Source: an uncultured virus (IMG/VR IMGVR_UViG_3300017989_000096) (lineage: Duplodnaviria; Heunggongvirae; Uroviricota; Caudoviricetes). From it: 20,000 nucleotides of DNA. The stretch is from IMG/VR virus record IMGVR_UViG_3300017989_000096; one strand, given 5' to 3'. Positions within the stretch are counted from its first letter, which is position 1. Each line of letters starts with the position of its first letter. Shown here piece after piece: positions 8,285 through 16,479 of the stretch. Position numbers and translations under genes: made by a program. The notes under the pieces are model-generated. The model did not search any database, was not told the DNA's origin, and was given only the letters and a program-made list of their open reading frames with translations.

Positions 8285-8820
8285 GTGAGATTTGGTTCAC
8301 CGCAGATACCCATTTTGGCCACGAGAACATTATACGCTATTGTAAACGCCCGTTTACAACTGTGCGTGAGATGGATGAGACAATCATCGAAAACTGGAAC
8401 AAGAAAGTTTGTCCAGGTGATTCAGTCTATCATTTGGGTGATTTTGCCTGGGCGCGTGAGTCCAGAACGGTTGAAAAACTGCTCCAGAGACTGAATGGAC
8501 AGGTTCACCTCATTTTGGGAACTCATGATAAAGCAGCAGTTCGTAAAGCCAATGGATTTGTTGAAAAACGTGATCTAAAGCGAATTAAGGTGGGTGAACA
8601 GGATATTGTCCTATGTCATTATGCTATGCGGGTTTGGGATAAATCTCACTTCGGTTCATATCAGCTTTACGGGCATTCTCATGGGACGCTTCCTGACGAT
8701 GAAAATTTGTTTTCTACGGATGTAGGGGTTGATCGTTGGAGTTTCATGCCTGTTTCGTTTGAGGAAATTAGAGCACTCCTATCGCAAAGAAAATTCATAC
8801 CTGTTGATTGTCACCGTTGA
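8281..8820 (+). CDS. calcineurin-like metallophosphoesterase
   Basis: ADTHFGH, HLGD, GTHD (GNHD variant), CHY and GHSH motifs. Confidence 0.92.
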   Translation: MSEIWFTADTHFGHENIIRYCKRPFTTVREMDETIIENWNKKVCPGDSVYHLGDFAWARESRTVEKLLQRLNGQVHLILGTHDKAAVRKANGFVEKRDLKRIKVGEQDIVLCHYAMRVWDKSHFGSYQLYGHSHGTLPDDENLFSTDVGVDRWSFMPVSFEEIRALLSQRKFIPVDCHR

Positions 8821-8870
8821 AATAATTTTTTTATATTCTGCTATAGGTTAAAAAGCCTGAAGTTTTTTTG

Positions 8871-8898
8871 TTGACATAGGCACCTAATTCTGTACAAT
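8871..8898 (+). promoter_or_regulatory. sigma70-type promoter for the DNA-modification operon
   Basis: TTGACA (8871-8876), 16-nt spacer, TACAAT (8893-8898), in an AT-rich intergenic gap. Confidence 0.7.
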
Positions 8899-8910
8899 TG
8901 CTTAGGTGCC
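8879..8910. repeat. perfect 9-bp inverted repeat (operator- or parS-like) straddling the -10 box
   Basis: GGCACCTAA (8879-8887), 14-nt spacer, TTAGGTGCC (8902-8910). Confidence 0.7.
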
Positions 8911-8948
8911 ATGGCATTATGTTATTACATGACTATGAGAGCCAAATC

Positions 8949-9776
8949 ATGAAGAAAATCAAACTTTCCTCGCTGGTTTCTTTGCCTTACAATCCACGCA
9001 CGATTTCTGATACTGAGTTGGAGTATCTCAAACTCAGTATCAAAGAGCACACCGTAGCTATTCCGCAAAAAGAGCGTGGCAAAGGTTTTCGACTTGTTAC
9101 GACAGTAACTGTCAATAAGAATGGTAATCGTGTTGTCGGTGGCAGTCAACGCATCAAAGCATTGGAAGCTCTTGGTCAAGATTGGATTCATTCTGATGAT
9201 ATTACATGGGTTGATTTGGAGCCAGATAGCATCCGAGAAAAAGCGTTGAACATTGCTCTGAATAGTGAGAAAGCACAAGGGTCATGGGATGCTACAAAAC
9301 TAAACGAAATACTGGGCGATATTAAGCTTGATGATGAAGCATTGTACGAGACACTTGGGTTGTTGCATATTGAACCTCCGAAGCTTGATATTTCGAAAGG
9401 TTTAGAGCACGAGCAAACAACTGAAACAAAATCGGCGGAAAGTTTGGTTGTGAGCTCTGATGTAAAAACAGAAACCACAACAGGTGTGGTAGGTAGCGAA
9501 CCAGAGCCCGAGCTTGAGCCAGAGTTTGAACCAGAGCATCAGACTTCTGATATGTTCAAGGGAGATTTGAAGGAAGACGCCGATCAACCACCTCCAGATG
9601 GCACAACTCCCCTGCCAGAATTGTTTCCTCTTTCGTACGCAGTAACAAAGGATCAACGAAATACTGTTTTGGAAGCTATTCGGAAAGCGAAACTGGATTT
9701 TGAGCTTGATACCAGTGCAAAGGCGTTAGTGAAGATATGTGAACTCTTTTTGTCGGTGGATGACAATGAAAATTAG
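8949..9776 (+). CDS. ParB/Srx-like N-terminal domain protein, paralog 1
   Basis: YNPRTI...VNKNGNRVVGGSQR...EKALNIALNS. ATG 8949 is chosen by alignment with the paralogs. It has an acidic linker and a small C-terminal domain. Confidence 0.85.
   Translation: MKKIKLSSLVSLPYNPRTISDTELEYLKLSIKEHTVAIPQKERGKGFRLVTTVTVNKNGNRVVGGSQRIKALEALGQDWIHSDDITWVDLEPDSIREKALNIALNSEKAQGSWDATKLNEILGDIKLDDEALYETLGLLHIEPPKLDISKGLEHEQTTETKSAESLVVSSDVKTETTTGVVGSEPEPELEPEFEPEHQTSDMFKGDLKEDADQPPPDGTTPLPELFPLSYAVTKDQRNTVLEAIRKAKLDFELDTSAKALVKICELFLSVDDNEN
9498..9536 (+). repeat. low-complexity coding repeat (EPEPELEPEFEPE)
   Basis: Degenerate 6-nt period GAACCA/GAGCCC/GAGCTT/GAGCCA/GAGTTT/GAACCA in the linker of paralog 1. 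Confidence 0.6.
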
Positions 9777-10413
9777 TGATTTGCACCCTGTTGATTACAA
9801 CCCACGCATCATTACAAATGAGCAATTAAAGCGCTTGATGCTATCTATCAAAGAGCACTCTGAAAGTGTGGACAATAAGGCACAAGGAATTCGTTTAGCT
9901 ACGACTATCACAATCAATAAACAAGGAAATCGCATTGTCGGAGGTCACCAAAGAGTTGTTGCCTTACAAGCATTGGGGCAGGACTATGTTCATGATGATG
10001 ACATAACTTGGGTTGATTTGGAACCGGGAAGTCTTCAAGAAAAGACTTTGAATATTGCGCTAAACAGTGAAGATGCAGCTGGTAGTTACGATTACAAAAA
10101 ACTTTCTGAGCTGTTGCATGAAATTCATGACGCTGGTTTGAATGTCGATTTGACAGCGTTGGCAGATTATGTAATCGAGCCATTAATGGCAGGTACATGG
10201 CCAGAAAAGAAGCCGGGTAAAGGTGGTGGAGAAACAGGTCTTGAAGAAGGTCAAGTGTTGATTGAGTTGACGAAAGAGCAGCGAGAAATGGTAGACAATA
10301 CAGTTCAGCGTATTCGTATTGTGAAGGATGACGAGGAGCTATCCGAGTCGACTTGTGTGCGAATAGCATGTGAACATTTTTTGGAGCAGCATAGTGAAGC
10401 AAATCAAAATTAG
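9766..10413 (+). CDS. ParB/Srx-like N-terminal domain protein, paralog 2
   Basis: YNPRII...INKQGNRIVGGHQR...EKTLNIALNS; start at 9766 or 9760. Confidence 0.85.
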   Translation: MKISDLHPVDYNPRIITNEQLKRLMLSIKEHSESVDNKAQGIRLATTITINKQGNRIVGGHQRVVALQALGQDYVHDDDITWVDLEPGSLQEKTLNIALNSEDAAGSYDYKKLSELLHEIHDAGLNVDLTALADYVIEPLMAGTWPEKKPGKGGGETGLEEGQVLIELTKEQREMVDNTVQRIRIVKDDEELSESTCVRIACEHFLEQHSEANQN

Positions 10414-11026
10414 CACATTGGTAGCGTTGGATTACAACCCGCGCATTATCACTGAAGATGAAATGGAGCGCTTGAAGACTTCCATCAGAGAGCATACCAA
10501 TGCATTCCCTTTGGAGGAGCGTAATGGTTATAGACTTGCAACCAGCATTACAGTTAACAGGCAAGGAAATCGTATTGTTGGAGGCCACCAAAGAGTTAAA
10601 GCTTTGGAAGCACTTGGTCAAGACTGGGTACATGAAAATGACATTACGTGGATTAATGTCGAACCAAACAGTGCGAAAGAAAAAACGCTTAACATAGCAC
10701 TCAACAGCAAGGATGCTTCAGGTAAGTATGATTTGGAGAAGCTGTCCAACTTGTTGTTTGAACTCAAAGAAGCCAACATAGACATTAACGATACGGTTTT
10801 GGCACCTGACCTGATTGAAGATTTGACGCTTGAGGATTGGACGCCTCCCGATGCTGTTGATGGAATGTTGGACCAGTTTCAAATTGAAAAGCCTAAGCCT
10901 TTGATTGTAGACAAGGAAGATTATCCAACAGTTCGCAATGCCATATCAAGAGTGCGAAAAGTCAAACAAGACGGTACACTTTCTGATGGGATTTGTGTTA
11001 GTGTGATTTGCGAGGAAGTGCCATGA
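10394..11026 (+). CDS. ParB/Srx-like N-terminal domain protein, paralog 3
   Basis: GTG 10394 after GGAG; YNPRII...VNRQGNRIVGGHQR...EKTLNIALNS. Confidence 0.85.
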   Translation: MKQIKISTLVALDYNPRIITEDEMERLKTSIREHTNAFPLEERNGYRLATSITVNRQGNRIVGGHQRVKALEALGQDWVHENDITWINVEPNSAKEKTLNIALNSKDASGKYDLEKLSNLLFELKEANIDINDTVLAPDLIEDLTLEDWTPPDAVDGMLDQFQIEKPKPLIVDKEDYPTVRNAISRVRKVKQDGTLSDGICVSVICEEVP

Positions 11027-11868
11027 CAGAAATAGTGCTTGGTCAATCTTTGAAAAAAAGCGAAAGACGGCCTCCTTATCTGCGTTTGGCTACTGCTACA
11101 TGGGACTCGACTTCGACTCCTGGTATTGAAAACGCATCAGAGAAACCATCTTTGCTTGTATCGTTTCCTGCGGTAAGAAAGTTTATGGAGACGAGGGATA
11201 CGAATACTTATCGGGATTGGGCTATGGATTCTGGTGCATTCTCTGCTTTCAATTCTGGTATGGTAATTGATCTGCAAGAGTATATTGAGTTTTGTTTGGA
11301 GATAATGGCTACTGATCCGACACTTACAGAAATTTTTGCGTTGGATGTAATTGGTGATTGGAAAGCAAGCATAGTGAATTGTGAAAAGATGTGGGAAGCA
11401 GGTGTGCCAGCAATCCCATGCTATCATACGCGTGAACCAGAACACGCGCTCACACATATCACAAAGACGTACCCTAAAATTGCATTAGGTGGTTTGGTTG
11501 GAATTCCAATGGGACCAAAAGAAGTTGTAGGATGGCTTGAACAGTGTTTTGCTCGTATTTGGCCCAAACGGGTCCATGTATTTGGAACGACGAGTAAAAG
11601 TTATGTGCTTAGATTTCCTGCCAGCTCATGGGATTCTACAAATTGGGTAACAGGACCTTGTGCTTTTGGAAGTTGGAGCCAGTTCGGAAATTTGAGCGTA
11701 CGTGGCAGCAAACAAAATTTGCGTAGCGAGGTTGAGTTTTTTCTTGACCTTGAAAATCGTGCTCGTGTCAAGTGGCGTAAGCAGATGAAAGAGCTCGATG
11801 ATTTGAACGAACCTCTCCCAGAGTTTTCCAAGAAGGAGAATGTGAATGAGGTCTCCGGCGACACATAA
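11023..11868 (+). CDS. dpdA: DpdA-like DNA-guanine transglycosylase (TGT fold)
   Basis: MDSGAFS, ALDVIGD, IPCYH, IALGGLV, VHVFG and WDSTNW motifs of compact phage TGT-like proteins; located in a preQ0 biosynthesis operon. Confidence 0.78.
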   Translation: MTEIVLGQSLKKSERRPPYLRLATATWDSTSTPGIENASEKPSLLVSFPAVRKFMETRDTNTYRDWAMDSGAFSAFNSGMVIDLQEYIEFCLEIMATDPTLTEIFALDVIGDWKASIVNCEKMWEAGVPAIPCYHTREPEHALTHITKTYPKIALGGLVGIPMGPKEVVGWLEQCFARIWPKRVHVFGTTSKSYVLRFPASSWDSTNWVTGPCAFGSWSQFGNLSVRGSKQNLRSEVEFFLDLENRARVKWRKQMKELDDLNEPLPEFSKKENVNEVSGDT

Positions 11869-13300
11869 TACGATTGTGATTGATGTGACTAATGCATGTC
11901 CTCTTCAGTGTTCAAACTGTACCCGATTTTGTGGTCACAAAAAACCTGTTTTTATGGACATGGACACGTTCAGAAAAGCAGTAGATTCGCTTGTTGATCA
12001 CCCATCTCAAATGGGGCTTTGTGGTGGAGAGCCAACCATTGCTCCTCTCTTTCCTGAGTACATGGACTATCTTGAAAAGACTATTGGGCGTGAAAGAAGC
12101 TGTCTGTTTACATCGCTAACGAAACAGTATTATGAGTTCTTTGAGCGTATCCAAGAAGTGTTTTGTTTCCAAGGTATCAATGATCATAATCATCAAGGTC
12201 TTCACACTCCTTTGTTGATTGCGTCTGAAGAATTGCCTATCCCAGAAGAAACGAAGAAAAAGCTGATTGATAATTGCTGGGTGCAAAACAACTGGTCGGC
12301 TTGTGTTACTGTCAAAGGTGCATTCTTTTGTGAAGTCGCTGCTCAGCTTGATTTACTATTTGATGGACCAGGTGGGTGGCCTATTGAACCTGGTTGGTGG
12401 AAGAGAACGCCAGATGAGTTTGGTGATCAATTAAAGTGGTGCAATATTTGTGGTGCAGCTATGCCTATGCCACGCCGTATAGCAGTTGAAGAAATTGACG
12501 ATGTGTCACCAGGTAACTATGAACGGCTTAAGAAATTAGGTTCAGGCAAAATCAAGAAGGGCAAGGTTAAAGTCTTTGATGTGGGAAAATATAAGATAGA
12601 AGACTACAAAGACTGGCACCCTGATGTGGATTGGTTTTTGCCTCCGGATGACCGTTCACGTCGTATTGCTAATGAGTCCAAAACAATCAGGCCAAAAAAG
12701 TTGGATTGCATATTGGCATGTGATGGGAATCTTCTTGATATTACTCGTTCCCTTGCTGTTAACAGACAGCATTTTGATGACTTTGTAGTGGTTGTGCCAA
12801 ATGAAGTTGTGGGGATGGATAGACTTTGCAATGAGCATAACGCTTTGTACATAATATCAGAGTGTTGTATGGAAGAAGACTTTTTTGACAAAGGTAAAGC
12901 CATTAACGATGCTTTAGAGAAATTTACTCCAACTGATTGGATTGTGATAATTGGGTCAAAGATTCGGTTACATGATCGGTTTGGAAGTCTGATGCGTCAA
13001 GAGATTTTGAATCCAGGTTTTCTGTATTGGGAAATTGCTCCAAGCGAAGCTGAACCACTCCATTTCCAGATTGCCATTCCTTCTATTCAATCTGCTACAT
13101 GGGATATGTACCATTCCAGTTTTCAGTTGTTCAATGTACGGGCTTCCTCGCTCAAAGGCCGGGGAAAGAAATGGTATCCAGAAGGTAAAGCAGAACGTGA
13201 GGCAGATGGGTTGTTCAGGATTGATTGGTTGCCTTCTAAGAAGTGTATCATTTCTTTGAGTGAAAGGAAGCCCTTATCTTTGTCTACAGCTTTTGAGTGA
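11846..13300 (+). CDS. radical SAM protein with auxiliary Cys region and C-terminal GT-A-like domain
   Basis: CPLQCSNC (CxxxCxxC), GGEPT, extra cysteines NCW...AC...FC...WCNIC; C-terminal FDKGKAINDAL...DWIVII resembles GT2. Confidence 0.82.
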   Translation: MRSPATHNTIVIDVTNACPLQCSNCTRFCGHKKPVFMDMDTFRKAVDSLVDHPSQMGLCGGEPTIAPLFPEYMDYLEKTIGRERSCLFTSLTKQYYEFFERIQEVFCFQGINDHNHQGLHTPLLIASEELPIPEETKKKLIDNCWVQNNWSACVTVKGAFFCEVAAQLDLLFDGPGGWPIEPGWWKRTPDEFGDQLKWCNICGAAMPMPRRIAVEEIDDVSPGNYERLKKLGSGKIKKGKVKVFDVGKYKIEDYKDWHPDVDWFLPPDDRSRRIANESKTIRPKKLDCILACDGNLLDITRSLAVNRQHFDDFVVVVPNEVVGMDRLCNEHNALYIISECCMEEDFFDKGKAINDALEKFTPTDWIVIIGSKIRLHDRFGSLMRQEILNPGFLYWEIAPSEAEPLHFQIAIPSIQSATWDMYHSSFQLFNVRASSLKGRGKKWYPEGKAEREADGLFRIDWLPSKKCIISLSERKPLSLSTAFE

Positions 13301-13313
13301 GGGAGAAATTATG

Positions 13314-14540
13314 ATGTGTAGCATATTCGGAGCTTTTGGTCGTCTTGTAGACGAGAAAAAGTTTTTGAGGCCAATCCAAGAACACGCTAAGGACAGAGGT
13401 CGTGATGGTGGTCGTATTGAGCGATTTGATTTAGGTGACGAATATTATGCGTTTTTAGGGAACTGGAGAGCAACTCCAACACCCGAACTTGAAAAATCGA
13501 AATTGCAGCCCTATGATGGCTTAGTGCATAATGGTACTATTGCGAATGATAAAGAGTTGGGTGTAAAACCGGGCGAAATTGATACCATGGTTTTGCCTCG
13601 CATTCTTGATCGGAATCATGGCGTTGATGCATTTGTTGAGTCGTTGAGAAGAATCAAAGGCTCTTATGCTATTGCATGTACTGGAAAGGGCACGGTTTTT
13701 CTTGCTAACAACTACAAACCGATTCATTATTGGTCGCCCTACGGTGAGGCAATCTACTTTAGTAGTATGGCACGTCATTTTGAAGAGATTCTTCCGTTTG
13801 GGCAAGCTCCTGTGCAACTACCACCCTATACAGTAATGGATTTACGGACTCGTATTGTGCGTGAGATTGAAAGGAAAGATGCAAAAAGGGCAGTCATTAT
13901 TGCCAGCGCAGGTTTGGATAGTACGTGTGTAGCAACGAAATTTGTGCGTGATGGTTGGGATGTCTGTTTGTTACACTTCAAGTATGGTTGCACCGCTCAA
14001 ACTCGTGAAGCTGCATTGATTCCAAAGATAGCAGAACGTTTGGGTTGTACTTACCATTTTTTGACTGTTGATTATTCCGAGATGAAAGGCAACAGTCCGA
14101 TTCTGTCTAAAGGTAGCAAAATTGCTGATGGGATTGCTGGAGCCGAATTTGCTCATGAATGGGTGCCTGCTCGAAACTTTTTAATGCTGGCTCATGCAAC
14201 AGCTTTTGCTGAAGCGAATGGCTATCACTGTATTGCACTTGGAAACAATTTAGAGGAGAGCGGAGCCTATCCCGATAACGAAGAGCAAATGACAGTGCTG
14301 CTCGATAACGTTTTGAATTATGCGGTGTCTGATGGGTACAATTTACGGATAGTTGCTCCGGTTGGTAATTTGATGAAGCATGAGATTGTAAAGCTTGGTT
14401 TGGAACTTGATGCTCCATTTGATGTGACATGGAGTTGCTATCGAGATGAGGAAAAACATTGTGGTGAGTGTGGACCTTGTTTTATGCGGAAAACAGCTTT
14501 TGAACGTAACGGAACAGTTGATCCAGTATTTGCGCAATGA
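13314..14540 (+). CDS. queC: Gat-QueC fusion (class II glutamine amidotransferase + 7-cyano-7-deazaguanine synthase)
   Basis: Met-Cys N-terminus (MCSIFG), RATPT, HNGTI, GSYA; QueC motifs SAGLDS, WVPARN, YPD and TWSCY...HCGECGPC. Confidence 0.92.
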   Translation: MCSIFGAFGRLVDEKKFLRPIQEHAKDRGRDGGRIERFDLGDEYYAFLGNWRATPTPELEKSKLQPYDGLVHNGTIANDKELGVKPGEIDTMVLPRILDRNHGVDAFVESLRRIKGSYAIACTGKGTVFLANNYKPIHYWSPYGEAIYFSSMARHFEEILPFGQAPVQLPPYTVMDLRTRIVREIERKDAKRAVIIASAGLDSTCVATKFVRDGWDVCLLHFKYGCTAQTREAALIPKIAERLGCTYHFLTVDYSEMKGNSPILSKGSKIADGIAGAEFAHEWVPARNFLMLAHATAFAEANGYHCIALGNNLEESGAYPDNEEQMTVLLDNVLNYAVSDGYNLRIVAPVGNLMKHEIVKLGLELDAPFDVTWSCYRDEEKHCGECGPCFMRKTAFERNGTVDPVFAQ

Positions 14541-15370
14541 AAAAGCAAGTTTGTAAAAGGTGTTGGAATGATTGGAAGCAGGTTTGGCGTTGGCCTGATG
14601 ATGCTCGCTGGGATGAAGAAGATACTGTTAAATGTCCCGCAGCTGTGATCCCACGTGAAGGCAGTGTACTGGACCATTTGTATAATAGTGTTTTGAAGGA
14701 CCCACCCGATTGGTGTCCCTATCGACTGGAGCATTTAGTGTTATCGGAGCCGAGAATGATTCTTAATGAACATGTTTTCAAAGATATTCATGTCCGTGAA
14801 GACTTCACAATTCTTCTGAACAAGTTCAACTTGCGGGGGGAAGCAGCTGAGGTAGGAGTTCGATGTGGTTATTATGCACAGTCATTATTGGGTTGTGGCA
14901 TGATAGAAAAGCTGTATCTAATTGATTGTTGGGATATGTGTGAGGTAGGTGATCCCAGCATCAATTCGGATGAGCTGAGTTTAGAAGTGATTCGGCATAC
15001 AGAATATCTGACACGTGAACGATTTGAAGGAAACCCCCGCGTGGAAGTCATCAAAGCATTTTCTGCTGATGCCGCAAGTCAATTTCCCAATGGTCATTTT
15101 ACATTCATTTTCGTTGATGGCGACCACACCTACAAAGGTGTCAAAAAGGATATTGAAACATGGTATCCAAAACTTGCTCCTCTTGGATTGATAGGTGGGC
15201 ATGACTACGAGGAATACACGGAGCCTTCTGGTGTCCAAAGAGGAGTGGTTAAGGCAGTCGATGAATTTTGTGCAAGAGAAAAACTCAAGATTTATGTTAC
15301 TCCAGAAGACACGATAGAGCCTATTGTCAAAATTCCTTCATGGATTGTGCAAAAGCCTCAAGGAGGATAG
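14537..15370 (+). CDS. class I SAM-dependent methyltransferase (Methyltransf_24-like) with N-terminal Cys-module copy 7
   Basis: EVGVRCGYY and FIFVDGDHTY...GGHDY; N-terminal KKQVCKRC...PPDWCPYRLEHL; possible internal start at ATG 14756 after GGAG. Confidence 0.85.
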   Translation: MKKQVCKRCWNDWKQVWRWPDDARWDEEDTVKCPAAVIPREGSVLDHLYNSVLKDPPDWCPYRLEHLVLSEPRMILNEHVFKDIHVREDFTILLNKFNLRGEAAEVGVRCGYYAQSLLGCGMIEKLYLIDCWDMCEVGDPSINSDELSLEVIRHTEYLTRERFEGNPRVEVIKAFSADAASQFPNGHFTFIFVDGDHTYKGVKKDIETWYPKLAPLGLIGGHDYEEYTEPSGVQRGVVKAVDEFCAREKLKIYVTPEDTIEPIVKIPSWIVQKPQGG

Positions 15371-15372
15371 TA

Positions 15373-16176
15373 ATGGATGCAGTAACTGCTGTGATGGCAA
15401 CTTTTCGTGCAGACTATGTAACATTGGGTGCACTACATTGCATTACAAACCAAACCTATCCTCCAATTCGTATTGTTGTATTGGATGTTAGCAAAGACGG
15501 AAATCTTGGGAATAATACAGTGATTGCGGATTATGCTCGTTTTGCTCCAATCGAGATTTATCGTGGTCCAGATATGCTACACGCTTATGAGGGCCGAAAT
15601 TGGTTGGCAATGCAATCAAAGACAGTATGGACATGGTTTGTGGATGATGACTCTTTTGCGAACCATACCTGTCTCAAAAAACTTGTGGATGGGGCAGCTC
15701 AATATGAGGTGGGAATGGTTGGTGGTGTGAAGCTTGATATCACTCGTCATAAACCATGGGGAGAAGGTGACTGGAATTTGATGAATTGTTGTCGCGAGAG
15801 AGATGTCCAAATGCCATGGTGTGATACTGCTTGTTGTTTGGTAAAAACTAAAGAGTGGATAGCTAATTGCGATGGCTACGAATCAATTTCTGGAGAGACT
15901 GGCGAGGATGTTTATGTTACTGCTCGTATAGCCGAAAAGGTTGGTTGTGTTGGGATACATGATGCAATTTGTTACCATGTGCCAATGGCTGGAAAAGAGT
16001 CAACATGGACTGAAAAAATCTCGTCAAGTGATAAGCGAGTAATCGAGCAACTCAAAGACAAAGTACCAGGTGAACATTTGAAATGGCTTGAAAGTACTCT
16101 GTTACTGAGGCAACAACCAGGTTCAGTAATTATGGAGGATATGGAATGTCCCGCAGAAGGCTCAGGAGAAAGCTGA
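15373..16176 (+). CDS. family 2 (GT-A) glycosyltransferase
   Basis: SD AGGAGG then ATG 15373; TAVMATF, NQTYPP...IVVLD, RN...WTWFVDDD (DxD), GEDV, CYH. Confidence 0.85.
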   Translation: MDAVTAVMATFRADYVTLGALHCITNQTYPPIRIVVLDVSKDGNLGNNTVIADYARFAPIEIYRGPDMLHAYEGRNWLAMQSKTVWTWFVDDDSFANHTCLKKLVDGAAQYEVGMVGGVKLDITRHKPWGEGDWNLMNCCRERDVQMPWCDTACCLVKTKEWIANCDGYESISGETGEDVYVTARIAEKVGCVGIHDAICYHVPMAGKESTWTEKISSSDKRVIEQLKDKVPGEHLKWLESTLLLRQQPGSVIMEDMECPAEGSGES

Positions 16177-16469
16177 CTGCTGCTCAAAAGGAAAAGCAAA
16201 GAAAAGAGCTATTGAAGCGTGAGCGTGAAAGGGCACTTTGGTGGCCTACACAGAAACAAGTTGCTGATGGGTATGCTCAAGCGAAAGACGGAATGAAACG
16301 AATGATTGTAGACGGGTTTATTTCTCCAAATGAGGATATTGAACTTCAGTTATCGTTTAATAACATGCTAAGCAGTACCAGTTTTTGGAAACTTCATTCC
16401 ACAGGAAAAAGTGCGGGGTTGACTTTGTATCTTACCCGTCGCGCTAAAGAGTGGAAAAACCATCTTTAG
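16146..16469 (+). CDS. hypothetical protein within the modification operon
   Basis: SD GGAGG; 107 aa; basic N-terminus; coupled to both neighbours. Confidence 0.7.
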   Translation: MSRRRLRRKLTAAQKEKQRKELLKRERERALWWPTQKQVADGYAQAKDGMKRMIVDGFISPNEDIELQLSFNNMLSSTSFWKLHSTGKSAGLTLYLTRRAKEWKNHL

Positions 16470-16479
16470 GAGGAGCGAC

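Noticed and set aside
8844..8869. Intrinsic terminator (AGGTT/AGCCT followed by a T run)
   Set aside because: The stem is only 5 bp with a G-U pair and is separated from the T tract; too weak to call.
8949..11026. ParABS partition locus
   Set aside because: No ParA in the window and no evident HTH of canonical ParB; the context is DNA modification.
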